32,000 nucleotides of DNA from Pasteurella multocida (lineage in GTDB: Bacteria; Pseudomonadota; Gammaproteobacteria; Enterobacterales; Pasteurellaceae). This document shows positions 11,244 to 19,993 of this stretch, piece by piece. The position numbers and the translations under genes were made by a program. A model generated the notes under the pieces. The model was given only the letters and a program-made list of their open reading frames with translations. It made no database searches and had not been told where the DNA came from. The stretch covers positions 1,950,001 to 1,982,000 of the forward strand of contig NZ_LT906458.1 in the NCBI RefSeq assembly GCF_900187275.1, read 5' to 3'. Positions within the stretch are counted from its first letter, which is position 1; every line of letters starts with the position of its first letter.

Positions 11244-12290
11244 TTATTTTGTTGCTCTTTTGTGTACTGCTTTTTGATTTAATAAACGTTTGCGCTGTGC
11301 ATAGCCGGCAATCGTAATGGACAGTAAAAGTGTTGCGCCATTGAACAATGGTTCCACCCAGAATGCCCCACCAAATTGTTGGATACCGGAGATACCAATC
11401 GCAAGGATAGCAATCCCTACCACGGTTCCCCATACGTTGATCCGCCCTGGTTTTATGGTAGTACTCCCTAAAAATGCGCCAACAAGTGCAGGCAATAAAT
11501 AGTCCATTCCTACGCTCGCTTGTCCAACACCTTGTTGCGCGGCAATTAACACGCCAGTAAAGCCAGTGATTAAACTGGAGACAATGAAAGGGACAATGGT
11601 GTATTTTTTTATGGAGATGCCATTGAGATGGGCAGCGGTAGGATTGCCTCCCACTGCATACATACAGCGCCCTGTTGGAGTATGTTCTGTCACTAGCCAC
11701 ATCACAATCGCAATAATGAGGACATAAAAGGCGGAAATTGGAATGCCAAAGATTTCAGTACTGTTAATAGCAATGAAACCATCAGGTAAGTCACCGACAA
11801 TTTGGCGTCCACCAGAATGCCATAAAGCAATCGCATAAAGGACTGTGCCTGAACCTAAGGTTGCCACGAAACTATCAATATCCGCCAGCGCGACCAGAAT
11901 ACCATTAAGGAGTCCGTAAATGGCGGCGACAATTAATACGGTTACGGTAGCCATTTGCCAAGAGAAACCAAATTGGACTTGTAATGTAATGGCGAGAATA
12001 TGCCACAGGACAATACCGAAACCGACGTTTAAATCGATTTTGCCCACAATCATTGTGGTGGTGGCAGCGAGTGCAAGTAAGGCAATTTTGGATTTACTTT
12101 CTAAAATGGCATTTAACGTTAGCATCGACGCAAAGGAGTCGGTGGTTAACGAGAAAATGATAACAAGCAAAAAGCACAACCATAATAATCCATATCTGGT
12201 GAGCATTTGGGAAAACCAAGCGGCAAATCCATCACGCGCAATAGAGACGGGATGCTCTAGTGCAGTTGATTTGATATTTGTTTGAGCCAT
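11244..12290 (-). CDS. Sugar ABC transporter permease (RbsC/BPD_transp_2-like)
   Basis: 348 aa multi-TM protein; TTTMIVGKIDLNVGFG, NPTAAHLNGISIKKYTIVPFIVSS, FLGSTTIKPGRINVWGTVVG. Confidence 0.88.
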   Translation of the reverse strand: MAQTNIKSTALEHPVSIARDGFAAWFSQMLTRYGLLWLCFLLVIIFSLTTDSFASMLTLNAILESKSKIALLALAATTTMIVGKIDLNVGFGIVLWHILAITLQVQFGFSWQMATVTVLIVAAIYGLLNGILVALADIDSFVATLGSGTVLYAIALWHSGGRQIVGDLPDGFIAINSTEIFGIPISAFYVLIIAIVMWLVTEHTPTGRCMYAVGGNPTAAHLNGISIKKYTIVPFIVSSLITGFTGVLIAAQQGVGQASVGMDYLLPALVGAFLGSTTIKPGRINVWGTVVGIAILAIGISGIQQFGGAFWVEPLFNGATLLLSITIAGYAQRKRLLNQKAVHKRATK

Positions 12291-12310
12291 AGTGCGCTCC
12301 TATTGAGTGT

Positions 12311-12319
12311 AAGTGCGGT
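12311..12319 (+). repeat. DNA uptake signal sequence core (USS) in the gap between ABC ATPase and permease
   Basis: AAGTGCGGT. Confidence 0.9.
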
Positions 12320-12333
12320 CTAAAATGCAAAAA

Positions 12334-13881
12334 TTAATTAATGCTCGACTTGGAATCTGAAGCGAGTGCCAGTAAGTTGGCGAACGTGACTTGTTCATTG
12401 AACAATTCACCTGCGATCTCACCACGGTTAAAGACGAGAGCTCGATTACATAAATGGGCAATTTCTTCGAAGTCATTTGAAATCACAATAATGGCTATCC
12501 CTTTTTTCAACGCCTGATTTAAGAGATCATAAATTTCTGCCCTTGCGCCGACATCTACCCCAGCGGTGGGATCTTCTAAAATCAGCACGGGCGTATTAAG
12601 GTGCATCCAACGGGCAAGCACGATCTTTTGTTGGTTTCCACCGGATAGCGCACTGACGTCGATAAATAAATTTTTGGGACGAATATCGAATAATTGGAAT
12701 TTGTACCAACTTTCAGCCCATTCTTGTTTCCGCGCATAATTTTTCAGTGGTGAATGACCACTTAGGACAGGATTAATAAATAAATTCTCAGATGTTGTCA
12801 TGGACATAACGAGACTTTCTTTTACCCTATCACCAGCAACCAAAGCGATGCCTTTTTGAATAGCTTCTTTTGGCGATGTGGCATGATAGTCTTGGTTATT
12901 GAAAAGGATATTACCACTTTCTAATTCACGCATACCAAAGAGAAGGCGCCCAATTTCTTCTTGACCTGCGCCACGTAACCCTGCGAGCGCGATCATTTCA
13001 CCTTCATGTAACCTGAAGGAAACAGGACCGGTATCGCCGACAACAATATGATTTAATTGCAATACTTCAGGTGTATTGTGTGGCAATGGTTCTCTTTGTT
13101 TTCCGCGCGTTTCTTCACCCACAATCGCTTTCACTAATGCTTTGACGTCATAATGCTGTGTTTCACCTTGTGCGACAGGATAACCATCTCGCATGACTAA
13201 TATACGATCAGAGATAGTAATGACTTCATCGAGACGGTGAGTGACATAAATCATCCCTACCCCCTGCGAGCGTAGGCGATTTAACACGACAAACAAGTGT
13301 TCCACATCGCTAGCAGGTAACGAAGCTGTGGGTTCATCTAAGACTAAAATTTCTGCATTGATAGCGATCGCGCGGGCAATTGCCAGTAAGGCTTTTTCTG
13401 TTCGGCTCAGATCAAAGACGCGTGTTTCAGCGGACAATTGAATACCGACAAAGTCTAATGCCTCTTGTGCTTGTTGATTGATTTTTTTCCAATCAATTAA
13501 TCCAAAACGACGAGGAAATCCCATAACAAATGCCATGTTTTCTGCAATTGTCATCCATTCAATCAAGCCTAAATCCTGATGGATAAACGCAATGGGCTGT
13601 TTATTGGTATGTGAGAGCGATTGGGCAGACTGGATTTTTTGTCCATGAAAAGTAATGTCGCCTTCATCTCGGGGATAGATGCCCGCCAGAATCTTAATGA
13701 GTGTGGATTTTCCCGCACCATTTTCACCAAGTAAAGCCACGATTTCACCCCGATGAATATCAAGGCTCACCTGATTTACTGCTGTATGGCTACCGAATCG
13801 TTTGACGATGTTCTGTAGGCTAAGAATTGGAGATTGTTCAGTTATCACCATGTTTCCTCCTGAGGTATGAGGAAGGAGCAA
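12334..13881 (-). CDS. Sugar ABC transporter ATP-binding protein, tandem nucleotide-binding domains (RbsA/MglA-like)
   Basis: 515 aa; Walker A GENGAGKSTLIK, Walker B ILVLDEPTASLP, second signature LSGGNQQKIVLARW and DPTAGVDVGA; start may be at MVITEQSPILSLQNI (13851). Confidence 0.92.
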   Translation of the reverse strand: MLLPHTSGGNMVITEQSPILSLQNIVKRFGSHTAVNQVSLDIHRGEIVALLGENGAGKSTLIKILAGIYPRDEGDITFHGQKIQSAQSLSHTNKQPIAFIHQDLGLIEWMTIAENMAFVMGFPRRFGLIDWKKINQQAQEALDFVGIQLSAETRVFDLSRTEKALLAIARAIAINAEILVLDEPTASLPASDVEHLFVVLNRLRSQGVGMIYVTHRLDEVITISDRILVMRDGYPVAQGETQHYDVKALVKAIVGEETRGKQREPLPHNTPEVLQLNHIVVGDTGPVSFRLHEGEMIALAGLRGAGQEEIGRLLFGMRELESGNILFNNQDYHATSPKEAIQKGIALVAGDRVKESLVMSMTTSENLFINPVLSGHSPLKNYARKQEWAESWYKFQLFDIRPKNLFIDVSALSGGNQQKIVLARWMHLNTPVLILEDPTAGVDVGARAEIYDLLNQALKKGIAIIVISNDFEEIAHLCNRALVFNRGEIAGELFNEQVTFANLLALASDSKSSIN

Positions 13882-13890
13882 AAGTGCGGT
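13882..13890 (+). repeat. DNA uptake signal sequence core (USS) in the gap between TRAP binding protein and ABC ATPase
   Basis: AAGTGCGGT. Confidence 0.9.
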
Positions 13891-13928
13891 CGATCCGCAT
13901 GAAATATTAAATCGACCGCGAATTTCGC

Positions 13929-14915
13929 TTATTTAGCAAGCGCATCAATTTGTTTGACGAGGTCATCACCATTTTTCTCAATGAAAGCTTTACGTACTTC
14001 ACTTTCGATCGCTGCTTTGAATGGTTTGGTATCAACCGTTTCAATCACTTGGATGCCTGCTTTTTGCATTTTTTCAATAATGCCTTTTTCATTATCCAAA
14101 TTGAGTTTTCGTTGATAGGCGCCGGCTTCTTTCGCGGCTTCAAGAATAGCGCTTTGTAGTGCTGGTGACAACCCATCAAATTTGGCTTTATTCATCACCA
14201 CGATAAGTGGGGTATATCCATGATTGGTTAAGCTTAAGTGTTTTTGTACTTCATACAATTTAGCAGACCAAACAATACCGACAGGGTGTTCTTGAGCATC
14301 AACAGCACGTGTTTCTAACGCAGTATAAAGCTCTGAAAGCGGCATTGGCACAGGGTTTGCCCCTAAGATAGAGAACGCTTGAATATACATTGGGTTTTGA
14401 TTAGTACGTACTTTCAATCCTTTAATGTCATCTGGCGTTTTCACGGGATGTTTTGAGTTAGTAAATGAACGGAAACCCACTTCCCAGAAGGCTAACCCTT
14501 TTAAGCCTTGTGCTTCTAATTCTTTTAATAAGCCTTGTCCAATTTCGCCGTCTAACACGGCATAAGCATGCTCACGATTTTGGAAAATAAACGGAATATC
14601 AATCACATTTAATTTAGGCACTAAACCTGAAAAGTTTGGTGAACCTGACATTTCTAAATCAATTGTGCCACCGCGTACCGCACTGATCATGGTTTGTGCA
14701 TTGCCTAACGTGCTGTCAGGGAAAAGACTGAGTTTAATTTCGCCTTTGGTTTTTTCTTTGAGAAGCTCATTGAATTTCTTTGCAGCTTCATGTTGCGTAT
14801 CACTACGCGGTGCCTCGTAACCAAAGCGTAATGTGGTTGCGGCATTTGCTGACGCGGTGAATACTGCCATACCGGCCACTAAAGCTGCGAGCATTTTAAG
14901 ATTGAAGCGTTTCAT
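13929..14915 (-). CDS. yiaO: TRAP transporter solute-binding protein (2,3-diketo-L-gulonate type)
   Basis: 328 aa; signal peptide; DctP-family motifs (GNAQTMISAVRGGTIDLEMSG, GLKVRTNQNPMYIQAFSILGANPVPMP). Confidence 0.9.
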   Translation of the reverse strand: MKRFNLKMLAALVAGMAVFTASANAATTLRFGYEAPRSDTQHEAAKKFNELLKEKTKGEIKLSLFPDSTLGNAQTMISAVRGGTIDLEMSGSPNFSGLVPKLNVIDIPFIFQNREHAYAVLDGEIGQGLLKELEAQGLKGLAFWEVGFRSFTNSKHPVKTPDDIKGLKVRTNQNPMYIQAFSILGANPVPMPLSELYTALETRAVDAQEHPVGIVWSAKLYEVQKHLSLTNHGYTPLIVVMNKAKFDGLSPALQSAILEAAKEAGAYQRKLNLDNEKGIIEKMQKAGIQVIETVDTKPFKAAIESEVRKAFIEKNGDDLVKQIDALAK

Positions 14916-14934
14916 AATATTCTCCTGTTAAAGT

Positions 14935-16215
14935 TTAAGGTTGTAGCCAGCTAAGTGGCGTTAAAATCAATGATGGGAAGAAAATGAATGAAAACAGCAA
15001 AATAATCATCATAAATAAATACGGGAGTATGCCTTTAGCCGCTTGATCAAAAGGTAACTTCGATACACCGGTGATGACATTTAATACATTACCGACAGGT
15101 GGTGTAATAAGCCCAATTGACGTATTCAGAATAAAGAGCACACCAAAATAAACAGGGTCGATGCCGGCTTCTTCGACTAATGGCATCAACACAGGTGTCA
15201 AAATCAATACGGTAGGTGTTAAATCCATCACCATGCCGATGACGAAGACAGAGATCATAATCACGATTAATAATAGGGTTGGCGTGTCAATTAATGGTTC
15301 AAGTAATTCCGTCATCATTTGCGGTAATTCCGCAATAGTGATGAGCCAACCTGTGACCTGCGCAGCCGCAACTAAGAACATGACCACGGCAGTGGTTTTC
15401 CCAGCGGCGAGAATGACCCGATATAATTGTCTGAATTTCAACTCTTTATAGATAAATAAGGACACGACCAGCGCATAAAATGCAGCGACAGCCCCTGCTT
15501 CCGTCGGCGTGAAAATCCCGGAGCGGAATCCGCCAATGATAATGACGGGTAGTAACAACGCCCAAATACTATTTTTAAAGGAAATACACAGTTCTTCTTT
15601 TGTGGCTTTTGAAAAGGTCATCAGATTTAAGCGTTTCGCTTGCCACCACCAAAGCGCCCCTAAACAAATCCCCATGAGAATGCCCGGTGCGATACCTGCT
15701 AAGAATAACTTGGTAATAGACACACCGCTGGCAACACCGAAAATAATAAACGGAATCGAAGGCGGAATGATCGGGGCGATGATGCCCGCTGTCCCAATTA
15801 ATCCTGCGGAGCGATCAAGCGGATATCCCGTGGTTTTCATCATTGGCAATAACATCGCGGCTACTGCGGCGGTGTCTGCGACGGCGGAACCAGATAAACT
15901 TGCCATGATCATTGCCGCAAGGATGGCAACAAAGCCTAAGCCACCCCGTTTGTGTCCGACCAATTTCATTGGCAGATCGATGATCCGTTTTGATAAGCCC
16001 CCTTCATTCATAATTTCACCAGCTAAAATGAAAAAAGGAATCGCCATTAACGAGAAACTGTCTGCACCACTGACGAGCTGTTGAGCAAGAATTTGCGCAT
16101 CAAATAAATCTAAATGTAACATTAATGCGACACCGCACAATAACAGGGCAAACGCAACGGGAATACCTAATAAAATAGCACCTAATAAGACGGAAAGGAA
16201 AATAACGACGGTCAT
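14935..16215 (-). CDS. yiaN: TRAP transporter large permease
   Basis: 426 aa DctM-type; GIPVAFALLLCG, IIPPSIPFIIFGVASG, FTPTEAGAVAAFYAL. Confidence 0.93.
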   Translation of the reverse strand: MTVVIFLSVLLGAILLGIPVAFALLLCGVALMLHLDLFDAQILAQQLVSGADSFSLMAIPFFILAGEIMNEGGLSKRIIDLPMKLVGHKRGGLGFVAILAAMIMASLSGSAVADTAAVAAMLLPMMKTTGYPLDRSAGLIGTAGIIAPIIPPSIPFIIFGVASGVSITKLFLAGIAPGILMGICLGALWWWQAKRLNLMTFSKATKEELCISFKNSIWALLLPVIIIGGFRSGIFTPTEAGAVAAFYALVVSLFIYKELKFRQLYRVILAAGKTTAVVMFLVAAAQVTGWLITIAELPQMMTELLEPLIDTPTLLLIVIMISVFVIGMVMDLTPTVLILTPVLMPLVEEAGIDPVYFGVLFILNTSIGLITPPVGNVLNVITGVSKLPFDQAAKGILPYLFMMIILLFSFIFFPSLILTPLSWLQP

Positions 16216-16694
16216 TGTTGTTCTCCTTTAATCAATCTATTGGCATTGGAAAAAAGTCGGATGACAAGTAGTAGTGCAATAGCACAGCCTGCAATGAAAC
16301 TGGCTAAATAGGTGATGCCCATTGGTATCCCTGAGATAGGCGCCATATTATTGAGATTTAATTGGAACTGGACCCAACTACCTTGAATGAGCAGATAGCA
16401 ACAAAATAACATGAGACTATCTGTGACTAAATGTAGTATTTTTTGTTTAGCCAAAGATAGACGAGAAGTGAAGATCGTGACATTAACATGACGATTTTCA
16501 TTAAACGCCAAAATAGCGCCAAGAAAAGCTAGCCAGACAAATAAATAACGGGACACTTCTTCGGTAATGTTAATACTGCTATTGAAGCCATAGCGCAACA
16601 CAACATTGAGAAAGACAAGGCAAGACATGGTGGCTAAAATAACGACCACTAGGCTTTCTAAGAGTTTGGTGACGTATATACTGAGTGATTTCAT
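16212..16694 (-). CDS. yiaM: TRAP transporter small permease
   Basis: 160 aa DctQ-type, 4-TM pattern; EEVSRYLFVWLAFLGA motif; overlaps yiaN by 4 nt. Confidence 0.9.
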   Translation of the reverse strand: MKSLSIYVTKLLESLVVVILATMSCLVFLNVVLRYGFNSSINITEEVSRYLFVWLAFLGAILAFNENRHVNVTIFTSRLSLAKQKILHLVTDSLMLFCCYLLIQGSWVQFQLNLNNMAPISGIPMGITYLASFIAGCAIALLLVIRLFSNANRLIKGEQQ

Positions 16695-17167
16695 GGTGAC
16701 ACCTCTAATTCACTGACCGCAATTTTCACCACAACTTTACGGATCGACGTGGAATGACCATCAATGCAAGCCGGGCGGTGTACATCACTTGGAAAAAAGA
16801 TAGCAAAATGACCGGGACGCATAATGAGCTGTACTTCATTTTCGACATTCTGATAAAACAGGATATCTCGCGTTGCATCATACGGCTTTGCAATGTCGTT
16901 GTTGCCTAAATCAATGGCGACGCCAATACGTTCGAAACCAGAATGCAAATATTGCACATCAATATAATGGCGATGGACTTCGGGATAAAGCATCGACGGT
17001 TCTTGGGTTTCTAAATCTAAAACTTGGGCATAGATACGATCACCGCGTATAGGATAACGTCCCGCCGCTAACTGGTTAAAGTCAGTGTTTGACAAATAAT
17101 CTAAAGCAATATTGATTGCTTCAGGATACTGCTTTTTGTCAACCTGAGAGAGATGACCAAAAAACAT
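16691..17167 (-). CDS. yiaL: YhcH/YjgK/YiaL family protein (DUF386, cupin-like)
   Basis: 158 aa; HRHYIDVQYLHSGFERIGVA and FAIFFPSDVHRPAC metal-binding cupin-like motifs; operon position. Confidence 0.9.
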   Translation of the reverse strand: MFFGHLSQVDKKQYPEAINIALDYLSNTDFNQLAAGRYPIRGDRIYAQVLDLETQEPSMLYPEVHRHYIDVQYLHSGFERIGVAIDLGNNDIAKPYDATRDILFYQNVENEVQLIMRPGHFAIFFPSDVHRPACIDGHSTSIRKVVVKIAVSELEVSP

Positions 17168-17176
17168 ATTCTTTCC

Positions 17177-18175
17177 TTATAACGATTTAATTTTTTCCCA
17201 TACCGTTTCATCAACAGGGATACCATTGGCTTTGTTTTCAGCCCGAATCGCTGTGAATTCATGACCTGGTAAGCGAATAGCCACATCGGGATCGGCGCGT
17301 TCAGCGGTTCTGACGTAATCCATAATTTTGTTTAGTTTTTCGTCTTTGGTGTTACCGTCAATGAGGCGATCAACTTCAATCGCAATAAAGATTTGTGAGA
17401 CACAGTATTCATCGTCTTTTTCTTCGGTCACTTCCGCAACAGACAAGCCATTAGAAAGTAAAGTCGCGATCATATCGAGTACAATGGATAATCCGGAGCC
17501 TTTCCAGAAGCCCATTGGAAGTAAACGACGATTTTTCTCGACGGTGCCCGGATCACGCGTTAAGTTCCCTTCATCATCAAAACCGGCATCAACAAAGGTT
17601 TGGCGACCTGCTAAACGGTGTACTTCTAACATGCCATAGGAATACATAGAGCAAGACATATCGACCATTGTAATCGGGGTTGTCGGCACCGCAATAATCA
17701 AGGGGTTTGTTCCAATACGGCATTCTTTTGCGCCCCAAGGTGGCATAACTGCGATGGAGTTTGTCCAACAGATGCCGATATAGCCTTTTTCGGCGGCTTG
17801 CCAGCCGTATCCACCACCACGCATCCAATGGTTAGCGTTTTTCAGTGCGACCACACCGATACCAAATTGGTCCGCAATTTCCATAGCACGATCCATCATT
17901 TTCTTGGCCGTCAAGTTACCAATTGCTTGATGCGCATCCCATTGTTCAATTGCGCCTAAAGACAGCACTTTCGTTGGTTCTGCATCGGGTACAATATCGC
18001 CTTTTTCAAGTTGAGAAATAAAACGTGGAAAGCGGTTTACACCATGTGAATACACACCAGACTCCGTGGTATCAGCAAACATAGTTGCACATTCTTCCGC
18101 AATGTCTTCACGGACATTTCGAGCGAGTAATACGCGTTTAAATTCTTGTTTAAGGGCTTCGTAACTGACTTTCAT
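17177..18175 (-). CDS. yiaK: 2,3-diketo-L-gulonate reductase (malate/lactate/ureidoglycolate dehydrogenase family)
   Basis: 332 aa; [23 protein letters not shown]...[16 protein letters not shown]; [17 protein letters not shown]; RBS-like GAGGAT upstream of ATG. Confidence 0.94.
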   Translation of the reverse strand: MKVSYEALKQEFKRVLLARNVREDIAEECATMFADTTESGVYSHGVNRFPRFISQLEKGDIVPDAEPTKVLSLGAIEQWDAHQAIGNLTAKKMMDRAMEIADQFGIGVVALKNANHWMRGGGYGWQAAEKGYIGICWTNSIAVMPPWGAKECRIGTNPLIIAVPTTPITMVDMSCSMYSYGMLEVHRLAGRQTFVDAGFDDEGNLTRDPGTVEKNRRLLPMGFWKGSGLSIVLDMIATLLSNGLSVAEVTEEKDDEYCVSQIFIAIEVDRLIDGNTKDEKLNKIMDYVRTAERADPDVAIRLPGHEFTAIRAENKANGIPVDETVWEKIKSL

Positions 18176-18209
18176 ATTATCCTCACAATTCAGTGTTTTA
18201 TTTCACATA

Positions 18210-18226
18210 TTGAAACGACGTTTTAA
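18210..18226. promoter_or_regulatory. Candidate IclR-family (YiaJ-type) operator
   Basis: Near-perfect palindrome TTGAAACGACGTTTTAA centred at 18218, next to the predicted start point of the yiaK promoter. Confidence 0.4.
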
Positions 18227-18229
18227 AAA

Positions 18230-18258
18230 ATTATAATCGGATTTATGCGGGTTAGCAA
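18230..18258 (-). promoter_or_regulatory. Candidate sigma70 promoter of the yiaK operon
   Basis: Minus strand: -35 TTGCTA (18253-18258), 17-nt spacer, -10 TATAAT (18230-18235). Confidence 0.6.
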
Positions 18259-18317
18259 ATTAAAAAGCAGAATAAAAAATACGATAAATCAATGAGATAG
18301 GAATTTTTAGCGCATTT

Positions 18318-18333
18318 TGTGATCAAGATCCCA
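18318..18333. promoter_or_regulatory. Candidate CRP-binding site in the yiaK/yiaJ divergent region
   Basis: TGTGATCAAGATCCCA; matches TGTGA-N6-TCACA at 9 of 10 half-site positions. Confidence 0.45.
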
Positions 18334-18391
18334 TTTTTATTTCTCCGATATCTATTTAGAATAGCGAAAGATAGAATCGATTAATTTTTGG

Positions 18392-19201
18392 ATGGATGTG
18401 ATGAAAGAAGAGGATAAAACGAAGAAAGCAGGCAGTAATCAAAGTCTGATTAGGGGCTTACTCCTGATAGATATTTTGAGTAATTTTCCGAACGGTTGCC
18501 CACTCGCAAAATTATCAGAATTATCAAATTTGAATAAAAGTACCACACATCGTATGTTGCAAACGTTACAGTCTTGTGGCTATGTAAAACCTGCAAATAC
18601 GCTAGGGGCTTATCGCTTAACGACAAAATGTTTAACTCTCGGGCAAAAAACGCTGAGTTCATTAAATATTTTGAATCTTACCGCACCTTATTTGGAGCAG
18701 TTGAATTTAGAAACAGGGGAAACCGTTAATTTATCGACCCGTGATCATCACCATGCGGTCATGATTTATAAGTTAGAACCGACCACAGGTATGTTACGTA
18801 CACGTGCCTATATTGGGCAGCGTTTAGAACTCTATTGTTCTGCCATGGGCAAAATTTTTATGGCGTATGAAAAAGGGCATGCGCTAGATGATTAATGGGA
18901 AAAGAATCAAGCGACGATTCAGCAACTGACCGTGAATACGATTGTGACACAAGAAGCAATGGCATTGGAACTGGCGAAAATTCGCGAATTAGGTTACGCC
19001 ATGGATAATGAAGAAAATGAAAGAGGTGTCACTTGCTTAGCATGCCCTGTGTTTGACATTCATGGCAATGTCACCTATTCGGTTTCTATTTCCTTATCTA
19101 CCGCACGTTTGAAACAAATTGGTCAAGACACGTTGTTGCGCCATTTAAAACAAACGACTCAAGCAATTTCACAAGAATTGGGTGCGGTTATGCCGAGTTA
19201 A
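18392..19201 (+). pseudogene. yiaJ: IclR-family transcriptional regulator (YiaJ-like) interrupted by an in-frame TAA at 18893-18895
   Basis: ORFs 18392..18895 (167 aa) and 18932..19201 (89 aa) are in the same frame (offset 540 nt). Across the TAA the frame reads ...GKIFMAYEKGHALDD*WEKNQATIQQLTVNTIVTQEAMALELAKIRELGYAMDNEENERGVTCLACPVFDIHG..., a continuous IclR effector domain; HTH domain intact upstream. Confidence 0.8.
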
Positions 19202-19215
19202 TCGCATAAAAGTAA

Positions 19216-19250
19216 AAAAACCTGTCAACACTGTGTATTGACAGGTTTTT
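19216..19250. terminator. Bidirectional terminator between yiaJ and the UPF0114 gene
   Basis: Perfect 13-bp inverted repeat AAAAACCTGTCAA(19216-19228)/TTGACAGGTTTTT(19238-19250). Confidence 0.88.
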
Positions 19251-19276
19251 GCTTTTTAGTCAGGTAGTGTAATGCC

Positions 19277-19861
<585 letters not shown>

Positions 19862-19993
19862 TTATCGTTTTTCAGCTAAATCAAAAGAAGTGTGCAAAGT
19901 ACCTGTTTTTTAGCCAAAGTTCAACGAATTTTTGTGTTAGCCACAAAATGAAATGTGATTCACCTTGAGGCAGGTAAATCACATTTAGGGTGA

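Noticed and set aside
11221-11700. 159-aa minus-strand ORF overlapping the ABC permease in another frame
   Set aside because: Cys/Trp/Arg-rich composition typical of an out-of-frame translation of a permease gene; the permease frame is clearly the real one.
15509-16084. 191-aa plus-strand ORF antisense to yiaN
   Set aside because: Entirely inside the well-supported TRAP permease frame, with no recognisable domain; a shadow ORF.
16212-16694. yiaM and yiaN as a possibly broken fused TRAP permease
   Set aside because: Separate small and large permease genes with a 4-nt overlap are a normal arrangement; no lesion seen.
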